A stretch of 64,000 bases of DNA from Octopus vulgaris (lineage: Eukaryota): the NCBI GenBank assembly GCA_951406725.2, contig OX597819.1:34348001-34412000 (forward strand). The letters run 5' to 3'. Shown one piece after another: positions 13,382 through 26,509 of this stretch. Position 1 is the stretch's first letter. Every line of letters starts with the position of its first letter. Under the pieces are notes generated by a model that saw only the letters and a program-made list of their open reading frames with translations, made no database searches and was not told the DNA's origin. Position numbers and translations under genes: made by a program.

Positions 13382-13954
13382 CAGGAGTTTTCAACCATTT
13401 TTTAATCTATGGACCCCTTTGATTACTATTTTATTCTGGTGGACCCCATAATTATTTCATATTTGGGAAGTAGTTTTATAGAAACTTCCTTCAAAATTCC
13501 TATTTTGTTTTTCACACATTAACCCTTTTCTTACCATATTTCTGTTGAGATACTTCTTGCTGCTTTGAATTAATTTTAAATACAACATGGAATTTAGTAA
13601 AATAACTTAGTTGTCATTAAGCTAGTATTAGGAACATAAATTGTAACTAAGGTTTGGTAGAAGATTTTAATTCAGAACTTTTGAAAACACATTTGTACAA
13701 CAGAGCCAGAGGCAGTTTCAGGTGGGTTGGTATCAAAAGGGTTAACTTGTGTAGGTTGAACTATGTAAAATGTTAGAGAAAGGAACCCAGCTGTTTGTTA
13801 CAATACCTAGAAGTACATTCATCTAAAGCAACATTTTTTCACAGGCCCTTAAAATACTATTGTAGATCCCCAGTTTACTATTTTTGTTGCATGAACCCCC
13901 AAAATTCACATATGGACTGTCAGGCACCGTATGAAAACTGGTTGAGAACCACTG
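13382..13954. mobile_element. hAT-type MITE (CAGTGGTTCTCAACC-like TIRs) hosting a piggyBac MITE
   Basis: Left end CAGGAGTTTTCAACC, right end GGTTGAGAACCACTG; related ends at 21291 and 22424; no clean TSD. Confidence 0.65.
13523..13741. mobile_element. piggyBac-type MITE, copy 2
   Basis: TTAA flanks (13519-22, 13742-45); TIR CCCTTTTCTTACCA / TGGTATCAAAAGGG. Confidence 0.85.
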
Positions 13955-14116
13955 TACAATATGATGGTCTCCGTTGTTTAATATTAGCTAGCCCTCATCC
14001 AATACTCCTATGGCACTATGCAGTAATTATATACTATAACACAAATGCTTAAAAAATTGTTCTCAAAGATTCTTTTTGCCTAATATACAAAAAGCATAAA
14101 TATAAAATACTAAAAT

Positions 14117-14510
14117 AGGTGCAGGAGTGGCTGTGTGGTAAGTAGCTTGTTTACCAACCACATGGTTCCGGGTTCAGTCCCACTGTGTGGCACCTTGGGC
14201 AAGTGTCTTCTACTATAGCCTCGGGCTGACCAAAGCCTTGCGAGTGGATTTGGTAGACAGAAATTGAAAAGAAGCCTGTCGTATATATGTATATATAAAT
14301 ATGCATGTGTGTGTTTGTGTGTCTGTGTTTGTCCCCCTAGCATTGCTTGACAACCGATGCTGGTGTGTTTATGTCCCCGTTACTTAGCAGTTCAGCAAAA
14401 GAGACCGATAGAATAAGTACTGAGCTTACAAAAGATTTGCTCGATTAAAGGCGGTGCTCCAGCATGGCCGCAGTCAAATGACTGAAACAAGTAAAAGAGA
14501 GTAAAGAGTA
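14117..14510 (+). mobile_element. SINE family A
   Basis: Full-length homologue of 11534-11964. Confidence 0.9.
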
Positions 14511-14965
14511 AATAAAAGTTTTCTCACTTCAGTTCAATACTTCTGCCTTGCTAATTCACTTTAAAATTTCTTCTCTTGATAACAGTAAAATAGCAGAATC
14601 TTCAGTAGACTGGGCAAAATACTTAATAGCATTTTATCTGTTTTCAGCTTCTGAGTTAAAATCCCACCATGACCAACTTTGCCTTTCCTCCTTTTGGGGG
14701 TCGATAAAATAAGTACCAGTTAAAGACTAAGGTCAATGTAATTAATTTACCACCTCCCCTAAAATTGCCAGCTTTGTGCCAAAATTTAAAACCAATATAT
14801 CATAAGGCAGTAAGCTGACAGAATCATTTGCATACTGGACCAAATGCTAAGAGGCATTCCACAAGAGTGTTTCATCATCCACTGGCGTCATATATGGCAC
14901 CGACAGATGATGAAATGCAGACAACATATTCAATACATCACATATATTTTTGCTGCACAACTTCT

Positions 14966-15421
14966 GTATCTTTTCGGTTTGAACGGCAGTTTTTTCTAGC
15001 AGTGTCATATGAAATTGACACCCATAATTATGACCCTAGTATCAATCTATTGCATTTCAATCTGTTTTAGGGTTAGGGTTAGTTAGGGTTAGGGTTAGGG
15101 TTAGGGTTAGGGTTAAGGTTAGGGGTGGGGGGAAGGGTATCTTTTTTTCTTCAGAAATGTAAATAAACCCAATCTGTTTCTTAAACGAGGGACATATTCA
15201 TACGGCACAGAATGTTTTTTAAATCAATGGACGTCACTGATTGGTTGAAATTGCAGAAATTGAAGAAAAAAAAAACAAATATCTTACAAACTATAGAATT
15301 TTTTCAATAAAGCCAAGAGAAAAAGATGTTTTATAAACACATTCTACCCGTATACGAAGTTTAAAATTTTTTAGTTACCTAGAAATTATGTTAAAAACTG
15401 CCGTTCAAATTGAAAAGATCC
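14966..15421. mobile_element. Non-autonomous TIR DNA element with 8-bp TSD carrying telomeric repeats
   Basis: ~28-bp TIRs G(T/G)ATCTTTTC(GG/AA)TTTGAACGGCAGTTTTT; perfect TSD CAACTTCT at 14958-14965 and 15422-15429. Confidence 0.88.
15067..15124 (+). repeat. Interstitial (TTAGGG)n array
   Basis: 8 perfect TTAGGG units plus TTAG and TTAAGG variants, followed by G-runs. Confidence 0.95.
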
Positions 15422-17057
15422 CAACTTCTAATTTCACATATCACATCCAACCAGTTACATTCAAAGTATATCTTTTTAAAGATGGCAGATCTTCAATAAT
15501 AATGATTTCATATATTGGCAATATGGTAAGATATTATTAAAGAAAGTAATAGTCAGTTCAGTGAACCACAATTTATGACAGACACTTATTCCATAGATCA
15601 TGGAGGGCTAAAAAAACAATCCTGGTTCTAATGAGATTTGAACTCTTAACATAACAAGACAAAGTTACTTTTAGACATTTACCTCAATAGCACATGACAA
15701 TTTCTACCTGCCCAAATAATTCTTTCAAATTTCGGCACAAGGCCAGCAATTCTGAAGGGTGCGAGCAAGTTGGTTGCTTCAACTCTAGGCTTTGGCTGGT
15801 ACTTATTTTATCAACAATGAAAGGATGAAAGGTAAAGTTAACCTTGGCATTATTTGAACTGAGAGCCTAATAGATCAGAAGAAATACAGCTCAGCATTTT
15901 TTCCAACACTCTAAGGATTCTGCTAGCCCACCACCTTTATCGGCCCAAATAACAATTACAGGAAGAGTTAAAAACTTAGCCATCATTCATATGCAAGTAG
16001 GATTTGGTAGCATGTATCATACTTTTGTTTATTATTTTAGGTGCCTAAGTAGTTGACAGGAGACACAATCACCCTGTTGGCCCTCTCATGTTGACCCAGC
16101 TAAACATCAAGGATGTGACAACTGGCAGGAGAGAGGGCTGTACTAGCTAGCACTTAGTGCATATGCTTTGGTACATGCATGTGTGTGTATATCTGTGTGA
16201 ATGTGGTGTGTCTTTTATAGTGATAGGAAATAATGTGTAAATATTAAATGTGAAACAATAATGGGAATATGAAGGTAAGCGTGGGTGAGGGAGACACAGA
16301 GAGCGAGAGACAGAGAGAGAAGAATGAGGAGGAGGAGGAAGCTGTAGTTGAATAAATGTTGAACAATTTACTGTTTTTAATGTTTACAGCATGACAAATA
16401 TCTTGTAGAGTTGACAGAATTGGTGAGAAACAGCACTTTAGATATTACTTCATTCTATCACTGACACCACCACCAACAACAACACCACCACAAAATAAAA
16501 TAAAAACTCCAGGGAATTGACCAGTTGGTTCCTAGCTCCATGGTATATTCGGTTTACTACCATCGCTACAAGAAACTCCATGGAATTGTGCTATACCACA
16601 TTTACTGTTGATTGGCTAATGGTTACATTACCTGGTGTTGCAGAATTCTAAATGGAGCATCACAAGTTTCAAATAACCAAACAAGGAAATAATCGATGGA
16701 GATATCATTTCATAAATTCATTTCCTTCTGTAATGCAGTAATGAAACAGACTGATTGATAAGCCATTATTATCTTCATTAAAATTAAATTCATATATTCT
16801 TTGACAAGTTTCAGGTACTTGAATGTGAACATGCTAGAGCACCATCCTGAAAGGTTTTAGTTGCTCATATCAAACTCAGTACATATTATTTAAGTCTTAT
16901 ACTTACCTTACCAAACCCATAAACAAACAATATCAAATACGCAAACACCCAAACACATACACACATGTACTGTACCAGCAGCAGCTATTCTCTGCTAAGA
17001 GATCAACACTTAGTAGCCAACCAGTCTTTATCTTCGTCTGTCTTTGTTAAACGTATA

Positions 17058-17457
17058 TCTTTATATTTATAAAAGTGAAGTTGTGTGTCTGTCTCCTACG
17101 ATTTAGTTTCCTAACTACTCCCACATTTTGCGGTGCAGTGTAACCAAAAGTGGGTATCTTATAGTCGTGATTCATATCGAGCCCTTCTGGGTATTAGCGC
17201 GCGTCTACGATGAGTCTACGATTTAAAAAAAAATTTACCATCATGTTTTTCCATTTTAATGCATTTTTTTCGCTATTATATAAGGGAAGTAACTCTCTAA
17301 AAATGTCTACGATGAGTCAACGATTTAAAAAAAATTTACCATCAGTTTTTTTCCATTTTTAATGCATTTTTTTGCTATTTTTTGGCTATAACTCTCTAAA
17401 AATGCTTATATAGTTATTTCCCTTACAAACCCGAGCAACACCGGGCGATACTGCTAG
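17058..17457 (+). mobile_element. Non-autonomous Helitron-type element, copy 2
   Basis: TC...CTAG termini, A|T target, 3' hairpin cccgagcaacaccggg; near-identical to 42-439. Confidence 0.85.
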
Positions 17458-18081
17458 TAACCACTAATTTTCCCCTTAATGACAACTATCAGCTCTTTTA
17501 TCCCTCCTCTTTCTTACCCTCTCTCTTTTTCTTCATTCCCATCAACTCTATAACTCCCACTCCTACATATTTGACGTCATTCTTTCCCTTTAAATACTTC
17601 TTCACCTTTTTATCATTTTGAATTTTGGTTTTTTATTCTACAATTCTAGCTTTTCAGTTCAGTTCAACTCACATTTGCAGTGAGTTAACTTGGAAATTCC
17701 AAGCGACAGTGTAACCTTCATTTAATTAAGGTAATTTTGGCCTGATGATTAGCTAAGTTGAGCACACCTCATTGAGTAACTATTACATCGGAGGGTCACT
17801 TAGCTAAGAAACATATGCAGACTGAATTTTACCCATTCCACTCCCTCAATTTGGATTTATATTTGCATTTGTGGCAACTCTGGTTGCCAACTGTGAACTA
17901 TATAGAAACTATCAGCACATTGAATTTCCTTGTAACTTCAATATGGAAAAAAAGTGTGCAACTTTCAATACCAATAAATTGTTATTGTCCACTTGTCTAT
18001 GCTTGCTATGGACTGCTTGAAACTTACAAATTTCCTACACTCGGATCTCTGGATATCACCCTTGTATATATATATATAGGT

Positions 18082-18462
18082 GGAGGCGCAATGGCCCAGT
18101 GGTTAGGGCAGCGGACTCGCGGTCATAGGATCGCGGTTTCGATTCCCAGACTGGGCATTGTGAGTGTTTATTGAGCGAAAACACCCAAAGCTCCACAAGG
18201 CTCCGGCAGGGATGGTGGTGATCCCTGCTGTACTCTTTCACCACAACTTTCTCTCACTCGTACTTCCTGTTTCTGTTGTACCTGTATTTCAAGGGGCCGG
18301 CCTTGTCACTCTCTGTGTCACGCTGAATATCCCCGGGAACTACATTAAGGGTGCACGTGTCTGTGGAGTGCTCAGCCACTTACACGTTAATTTCACGAGC
18401 AGGCTGTTCCGTTGATTCGGATCAACCGGAACCCTCATCATCGTAACCGACGGAGTGCTTCC
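18082..18462 (+). mobile_element. SINE, head C + tail T1
   Basis: TGGCCCAGTGGTTAGG A-box and GGTTTCGATTCC B-box; near-identical to 44962-45342. Confidence 0.9.
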
Positions 18463-18463
18463 C

Positions 18464-18518
<55 letters not shown>

Positions 18519-18653
18519 GGCATATGTTTGACATTTTCTATCCCAATAGGTTTTTCAACTCAATATTTACATGCTATTATTTATGTGATGCACCTTGAAA
18601 TCCAATGATCTCTAAAAGAATTATTTTGCATTCTCTCAAAAGTCTATAAAATC

Positions 18654-18721
<68 letters not shown>

Positions 18722-18726
<5 letters not shown>

Positions 18727-18937
18727 CTTTACTACCCACAAGGGGCTAAACACACAGGGGACAAACAAGGACAGGCAAAGGGATTAAGTCAACTACATCA
18801 ACCCCAGTGCGTAACTGGTACTTAATTTATCGACCCCGAAAGGATGAAAGGCAAAGTCGACCTCGGCGGAATTTGAACTCAGAACGTAACGACAGACGAA
18901 TTTCGCCCGGTGTGTTAACGTTTCTACCAGCTCGCTG

Positions 18938-18939
<2 letters not shown>
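18722..18939 (-). mobile_element. SINE family B between (TA)n tracts
   Basis: Homology to 8427-8657. Confidence 0.88.
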
Positions 18940-19003
<64 letters not shown>

Positions 19004-19069
19004 ACAACACAAGGATGTGGAACAAGTATAGTGTTATTGGACGCTCAGGAAAGGAAAGAAAGAAGGAGG

Positions 19070-19105
19070 ATTTAATGTTTCAAGCAGAGCCCTTCATCAG
19101 AAACA
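19070..19105 (-). ncRNA. Decayed minimal hammerhead ribozyme motif in a ~170-bp island between (TA)n tracts
   Basis: Minus strand GTTT-CTGATGA-AGGGC-TCT-GCTT-GAAAC(A)TT-AAAT; canonical core, stem II with wobbles, stem III ACAT (probably decayed ACGT). Confidence 0.55.
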
Positions 19106-19197
19106 TAGAAAAAGGAAAGGTCTAAAGAAGGGAAAACGGAGAAAGAAAATCACCAACGATACACACGCGGTCATATATATATATATATATATATATA

Positions 19198-20055
19198 CAG
19201 GGTGCAATGAATAAACTGTTATCTAAATTATGTGAAAAGGAATATAACATTGACATCCCATTTTAACTGATATATTTACCAAAATTACATAAAAATGTCT
19301 TGAAATACTAAAGAGTAAATTTATTCAACAAAATCACCATTGGCTTCAACCACAGCCTCCATTGGAATCTCCTGCAACTCTTCTGGATGGTCTCCTTGTT
19401 TAAGTTGGTGAATGCTACCATAATACTTGCCTTCAGTTCATCAAGGAGTTTTGTTGGTCTCTCACTCAACTGCACCCCCCACATAATAATCAAAAGGAGG
19501 GATTGCAGTCTGGGGCATTAGGTGGCCAGATGTTAGGGGTGATGTGGTCACAGAAATTGTCTGACAGTCATGACTGTGTCCTCCTGCTTTTGTGGCATGG
19601 TGCAGATTCCTGTTGCCAGATATAGGGTGTTCCAGCAGCCACACTCTTGACACAGAGCACCCCCCCCCCAGGCACTTGATGTAGGCCTCGGTGTTGAGTG
19701 TAAAGCCATGTGGGAAGATGAATGGAGGTATAACGTCGCCATCACTAGTATTCAGTCCAAACACCATCATGTTGACAAGGATGTTTGATTTTTATCACTC
19801 TCAGTACATGTCCTCAGATTGACACCCAAATACTCTGAAATATTCATATTGGAGCTTCCAGCGTGAATGTCATGCAGTACAGCATGTCGTTTCCAAATTT
19901 CTGGCAGAGTGAATTGCACCATGGTGTTGTTTTTCTCACAGACAGTACCCAACCAACCCTACTATACTGTGTAGTCGACAAAATCAAAAGCAATCAAATG
20001 TACATGCACAAAATTAGAAATATAAAATAGGTGACAATTTACCCATCGCACCCTG
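19198..20055 (-). mobile_element. Tc1/mariner element (DD37D/maT-like), internally deleted
   Basis: TA-CAGGGTGC...GCACCCTG-TA termini. Broken transposase reads MMVFGLNTSDGDVIPPFIFP, WQQESAPCH, WPPNAPDCNP.. then DYY in a shifted frame. Confidence 0.85.
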
Positions 20056-21379
20056 TATATATACATACATACATATATATATACACACACACAGAGATAT
20101 ACATACACATACAGACATACTCTTTTTCATGTTGATAGTTCCCAACAACCACACCTCTTTCCTTGTTCATCACTCACTACGTTCACCTCTAACCCCATCT
20201 TTCGTCATCTGATATACTCCTCTAACGTTCTTATGAAATTACCTTCGACTACCCAATCCACTGCCTGCATTTCTTTTATACTCATTTTCTTGTATCTTGA
20301 GACACTCTAGCATCTCATCACCGCTACCTTCTTCCCAGCTACTCCCATATAATGTGGGGTAGCTTTGTATTGCTTCCATAACAAAACACCTGTGCCTGTC
20401 CCTCTATCATACTTTAGCTTCCTCCCAACACCTCGCATAAAACCACCTCCCACTATCTCAAATACACCTCTGTCACTTAGTCAATGAGGCTTTTGGATAT
20501 TGCATTGGAAAGTTATGTTCTAAACCCTTTAACGCCAGCTGAGTAATTCTTTCGGTAACTTTTAAAGAGCTTGGAATCTTTTAAAGAACTATCTAAAGTA
20601 ATATCCACTGCTATTTGCATCACTTTAATGAATATTTCATAGACTTCATTGGAATTTCAATTTATTTCTTCAAAATATAAATTACATATAAGACAAATAT
20701 AGGTAAAAACGTCTGCACATCACAATCAGGACACATTGAAATGGTGATAGCATTGTAGTTTAATCAATCCAAGAAGAATATTATTTCTCTCATAAATAGT
20801 AGTGAGATATAGCTAACAGAATATATTTTCCAAACTCAACCACAAACTTTTAATTTATTGAAGCAAAATGAAAATCCTGATCTTTCCTGATGAGATTTTT
20901 ATCATATCCGTTATCTACTTTAGGCAATAAAACATATACTATAATTTAGTATATATCATTTGCCGGTGGCATTTCAATATATTATAGCAAACTTAGATGC
21001 CATTACAAAACATCATGAACAGTATTTATTGCATTCAGAGTACCTCTATGTTTGCAAAGAAGTTTACAAATAGATTAAATATGACTGTCCAGTCACGATT
21101 TTATGACGGTCTCACTAAAAAAAAAAATAGTATCTATATATTTCATATTAGATTTTGGTATTTACAATAAAGTTAATAACAAAACATTAAAAAAGCCTTT
21201 AAGCATTTTTGTTGCTGTTGTTTAGCCCCAAGTCGGTCCAAATGGAGAAGATAAATGATTAAATGCATTACAGGTATGACCCTCCTGTCTCAGTGCTTCT
21301 CAACCATATTTTACTATGGTTTCCTTTGATTCCTATTCTACTCAGATGAACCCTCCTTGCTGTCTGTTTAAAAAAATAC

Positions 21380-21612
21380 CTATTTCTTTACTACCCACAA
21401 GGGGCTAAACACAGAGGGGACAAACAAGGACAGACAAAGGGATTAAATCGATTACATCGACCCCAGTGCATAACTGGTACTTAATTTATTGACCCCCGAA
21501 AGGATGAAAGGCAAAGTGGACCTCAGCAGAATTTGGACTCAGAACGTAACGGCAGATGAAATACGGCTAAGCATTTCGCCCAGCATGCTAACGTTTCTGC
21601 AAGCTTGCTGCC
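21380..21612 (-). mobile_element. SINE family B
   Basis: 17-bp TSD CTGTTTAAAAAAATACC on both sides. Confidence 0.9.
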
Positions 21613-21884
21613 TGTTTAAAAAAATACCATTAAATTTTTTTATAATTAAATATTATTAGGAATTGCATACAAAAAAAATATTAAAACTTGCTTGCACCCT
21701 TTAGAATTGCTGGCCTTGTGCCAAAATTTAAAAGAATTATTTAGGCAGGTAGAAACTGTCATGTGCTATTTGGGTAAATGTCTAAAAGTAACTTTGTCTT
21801 GTTATGTTATGAGTTCAAATCTCATTAGAACCTGGTTTGTTGTTTAGCCCTCCATGATCTATGAAATAAGTGTCTGTCATAAAT

Positions 21885-22121
21885 TTATCTTTTACTTGTT
21901 TCAGTCATTTGAGTTCGACCATGCTGGAACACTACCCTGAAGGGGTTTTAGTCAAACAAATTGACCCCAGGACTTTTATTTTCTTTTTTTAAAGCTTAGT
22001 ACTTATTCCATCGGTCACTTTTGCTGAAGCACTTAGTTACAGGGATGTAAACACACCCAACACCAGTTGTCTAACAGTGGTGGCAGGACAAACAAAGACA
22101 CACACACACACACACACACAG

Positions 22122-22152
<31 letters not shown>

Positions 22153-22318
22153 TTCACACGTCAGGCTTCTTTCAGTTTCCATTTACCAAATCCACTCACA
22201 AGGCTTTGGTCGGCCTGAGGCTATAGTAGAAGACACTTGCCCAAGGTGTCACACCATGGGACTGAACTCGGAACCACGTGGTTGGGAAACAAACCTCTTA
22301 CCACACAGCCACGCCTGT
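21885..22318 (-). mobile_element. SINE family A
   Basis: Homology to other copies. Confidence 0.85.
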
Positions 22319-22459
22319 GTCTTGTAGAGGTGTAGCCAATTTATTGAAGAATAATTTTAACAGCAAAACCTTATATGGACTCCTTCCTTGCAAGGTTCAG
22401 ATGGACTCCGATTGAGAACCACTGATATAGATGAAGATGATGATATTTTTGGTGATCGA

Positions 22460-22684
22460 GCGGCGAGCTGGCAGAAACGTTAGCACACCAGGCAAAATGC
22501 GTAGCCGTATTTTGTCTGCCACTACGTTCAAATTCTGCCGAGGTTGACTTTGCCTTTCATCCTTTCGGGGGTCAATAAATTAAGTACCAGTTACCCACTG
22601 GGGTCGATATAATCGACTTAATCCGTTTTTCTGTCCTTGTTAGTCCTCTCTGTGTTTGGCCCCTTGTGGGTAGTAAAGAAATAG
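22460..22684 (+). mobile_element. SINE family B
   Basis: Full length; imperfect TSD gatatt..tggtgatc. Confidence 0.88.
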
Positions 22685-23880
22685 ATATTATTGGTGATCT
22701 TGATGATGATGCTATTACTGCTGCTTCTACATTCTCTAAAGTATCGTTCTATTTTAAACAGCAGTGTGTGATTTCAAGGAAATTTAGCAGCTATTTTTTA
22801 TAGGTCACATAACTATACAGAGGAGGCTCCACCTCTCAATTTATCTTTGGTGAACTTAAAGATGTCAGAAATTTGTTCCTTCTCTGTCTTTACAACTATG
22901 TTTCACCATTGTGGCTATTAACAACTCAAGTCAGAGTTTCAACAATTTTGTCCTTCACCCCAACTCTCTTTCTCTCTCTCTCTCTCTTCTCACTTTTCTT
23001 TTTTTTTTCTTTTTTGATTCCAAAACCAAGGAAATCGAAATTGAAATCAAAAGGATAGAATTTATAGTCTTTAGTTTCACAATATTAATGTTGGCACATT
23101 ATAATATCTGAGTCTTTGACAGAATACTTAAAACAAACAGCTAATGAGACTCAATAGCTCTATTTGGTGCAGACAATAATTCAAGGGAAACTATGTCGGT
23201 CAGACATTCAAATCATCTTTGATCTTCTCAATATATCTGTGATATAAAGTATGCCATAAAACCACCATAATGATGACAATTGCATCATCATAGAGTCATA
23301 TTAACCATTAAACACATACACACACACACAAACACACGCACACACACACACTGTTATATTTACTTTATTTCATACCAAAGTATTTCTACGTACAGTTATG
23401 GCATGGTTAGTGGTACTCTATTTTATTAGTGTCAGTAACAAGGTCATTGGGACTCAATGAAAGACTTTGATAATAAATATTATGTAATACTGCAAACTGA
23501 TAATAGTGAATATAATAGTGCATGTGTGCTTTTAATAGCTAACATGACTCTACTGTAATGCAGTTGTTTTGGTCTCTGATCTCAGATCACGTCCCTTATT
23601 TAAACAGGTTCACCTAAGGAATACTATAGATATATGAGAAAATTATCTGATGTGATGCAATAAAGAATTGTTTAGGATTATAAGATAATGTACAATATTA
23701 TTTCATGATATGGAAGTGAGAGTCATTGTGAATGTGCGTGTGTGTGTGTGTGTTTGTGTGTCTGTGTGTGTGTGCAAGTGTGGGTATATGCATGTGCATG
23801 TGTGTGTGTGTGTGCACATGCTTAACTGAACTCTAAAATTTCTATTTATTTCTCATGCATAAGCACCACATTGGAATGGT

Positions 23881-24190
23881 GGAGGCCCATGGTCTAGTGG
23901 TTAGAGCAGCGGACTTGCAGTCAAGAGATCGCGGGTTCGAATCTCAGACCGGACGATAGGTGTATTTATGAACGATAAAACTTAAGCTCCACGCAGCTCC
24001 GGCAGAAGGTGATGGTGAAACTTCTGCTGACTCTTTCACCACAACTTTCTTTCACTCTTTCCTCCTGCATCTTGCAGCTCACTTGCGATGGACCAGTGTC
24101 CCGTCCAGATGGGGAACCTATACGCCAAGAAACAAGGAAACCGGCCCTTATGAGCCAGGCATGGCTTGAGAAGGAACAAACAAACAAACA
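23881..24190 (+). mobile_element. SINE, head C-like + tail T3 (V-domain-like)
   Basis: tRNA-like head; GCGATGGACCAGTGTCCCGTCCAG...GAAACCGGCCCTTATGAGCC; (AAAC)n tail. Confidence 0.8.
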
Positions 24191-25034
24191 AAAAAAAACA
24201 CATTGGAATGTCACACTCACACAAACACACATACATTCAAATACACATGAGCTTCTGTCTTTCTCTCCACACATACACAGACTTCACTTATTCAGATCCC
24301 TATCCATTTCTATTTCTATCCATCACTCTCCCTTTCTACCATCCTCTCACTTCTATTATTCTGTCTCTATCATGATTCTCCTGCTTCCTTCAACTGCTCA
24401 TCAGGTTATGGTTCTTCTCCTGCCATGGTCACTCTTCTAGCCACCATCTTCATCATTTGCCTCAAGTGAAAAAACACCTTGTAGAACAACAGGGGCTCAT
24501 CTTACAAGATACTGTGAAGCCTTACTAATGCTGGTGCCATGATAATATATATACCCAGTGGTTAGTCCACATTGCTATGTAAGGAGCACATGGCCATTTT
24601 CCTGGTTTCTCTGATGTATATATTTCTTCCTGGATGAGATGTCAGTCTGTCACGGGATTATTTATTTTTACCAGCTGAGTGGATTGGAGCAGCATGAAAT
24701 TAAGTGTTTTGCTCAGGAACACAATGCATCACCCAGTCCAAGAATGGAACCTACAATCCTACAATTGTGATTCCAACACTCTAACCCAGTGTTACCCAAC
24801 CTATTTTCTCCTAGGCCCCCCTTCTAGACTTTCCAGAAACATGTATGACCCTCCAATGGTTGGAAAAAAAAACAACTTTATTTTTAATATTTTATCACAA
24901 TTAATCAGTACAAAAAATAAGTACATTATTGACAAAGAAAGTAAGTGAATCGCTTTAATGAGAACCTTGTCCTGACAACTATGACACCATGCCCCACCAC
25001 AATTTTCCCAGGCTCCACCGGTAGGGCATATACT

Positions 25035-25447
25035 CCACTCTTTGCTCTTTTACTCTTTTACTTGTTTCAGTCATTTGATTGTGGCCATGCTGGAGCACCG
25101 CCTTTAGTCGACCACAGGACTTATTCTTTGTAAGCCTAGTACTTATTCTATCGGTCTCTTTTGCCAAACCGCTAAGTGATGGGGACGTAAACACACCAGC
25201 ATTGGTTGTCAAACGATGTTGGGGGGACAAACACACACACACAAACTTATACACACACACACACATATATACATATATATACAACAGGCTTCTTTCAGTT
25301 TCTGTCTACCAAATCCACTCACAAGGCTTTTGTCCGCCCAAGGCTATAGTAGAAGACACTTGCCCAAGGTGCCACGCACTGGGACTGAACCCGGAACCAT
25401 GTGGTTTGTAAGCAAGCTACTTACCACACAGCCACTCCTGTACCTAT
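25035..25447 (-). mobile_element. SINE family A
   Basis: Homology to other copies. Confidence 0.9.
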
Positions 25448-26509
25448 GGAAATCACTGCACTTCGACTATGTAAAGTGATTAGAGACAGGAAGCATAACT
25501 GGTATCAAACTATAGAAATGAAGTTAAAAATTAGTCATATAAGCAAAACATGATCCTTGAATATATTAGCGACAGCAACTAAGAACAATAAGAACTAACC
25601 TGATTCAGACCATAACTACTCATCAAACCATATTAAGAGGTTATTGGTGACAACAATGACTGTATGACCATTTCTTGGTAATCTAAATGCACTTGGAATA
25701 TTGTCAAAGCTTGTCTAGCAGCAGAAAACTTTGACAATGGCTGATATGGCAGACGCATGTTTTCCCAAAAATTTTTTATTGGAATTGTTACAGTTAAAAG
25801 GCAATATCAGTAAAGTAAAGAATAACTTGTAAAATGGATACTTCCTGCTTCTACAATGCAATACAATCAACAACTCGAATTTTAGACAAAAGACTTTGCA
25901 TAAAGATGGTAATCCTGAAAGAAATGATAAGTAGAAAGGAAATTGCAAAGATTTCCTGCATTTCAATGAATCTACAAACTGCTGTCTTCATGACAACAAA
26001 TAAATAAATAAATTTTAAAAAAAGGTATCATTCTCTAAGATTCTTGGGTTTATATCAGAGCCTGAGAAATCTTTAGTATAACTGTTACAGTCTCCATATT
26101 CATTTCGCAGTTCAAAACCTCACATCAGCATAAACCCACAGTTGCTATGTGCCCATAAAGACAAAAGAGAAAAAGGGGAGATATTATTAATAGATGAAGG
26201 GAGACAGTTCATCTTTTAAAGGAAAACAATAATTCCTAATTACCAGCATGGGGTGTTAGAAGAACATAAAACATAGAGCAGACATGTTTGTTGATAAATC
26301 TATTGTTTTATAAATAATATAAAGCTTTTATATGCTCTATATCTGAAAATGTTGGAGTTTATTATTTAACAATCAGTTTTGCAAAATATCTGATACATTG
26401 TAAGGAAGTATTGTGTGATATCTAATATAGGGTGACCTGTGTGAGTATTGTAAGAGTCTAATACATTGTGTGGTGTTATATGATATTGTAACTGAAAAGT
26501 TGATAAGCT

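Larger units (their letters stand above)
21291..22424. mobile_element. hAT-type MITE ends enclosing nested SINEs
   Basis: CAGTGCTTCTCAACC...ATTGAGAACCACTG; contains SINE B 21380-21612 and SINE A 21885-22318. Confidence 0.55.

Noticed and set aside
15067-15124. Chromosome end or telomere-fusion site
   Set aside because: Short single-orientation array enclosed by TIRs and a TSD
18082-18155. tRNA genes at SINE heads (also 23881, 33330, 44962)
   Set aside because: A and B boxes are present but run directly into SINE bodies; one copy has a clear TSD, and I could not fold a complete cloverleaf
20886-20912. CTGATGA-GAT-TTTT-ATC hammerhead-like start (similar CTGATGA at ~17741 and ~38351)
   Set aside because: No GAAA after stem II and no stem I or III pairing
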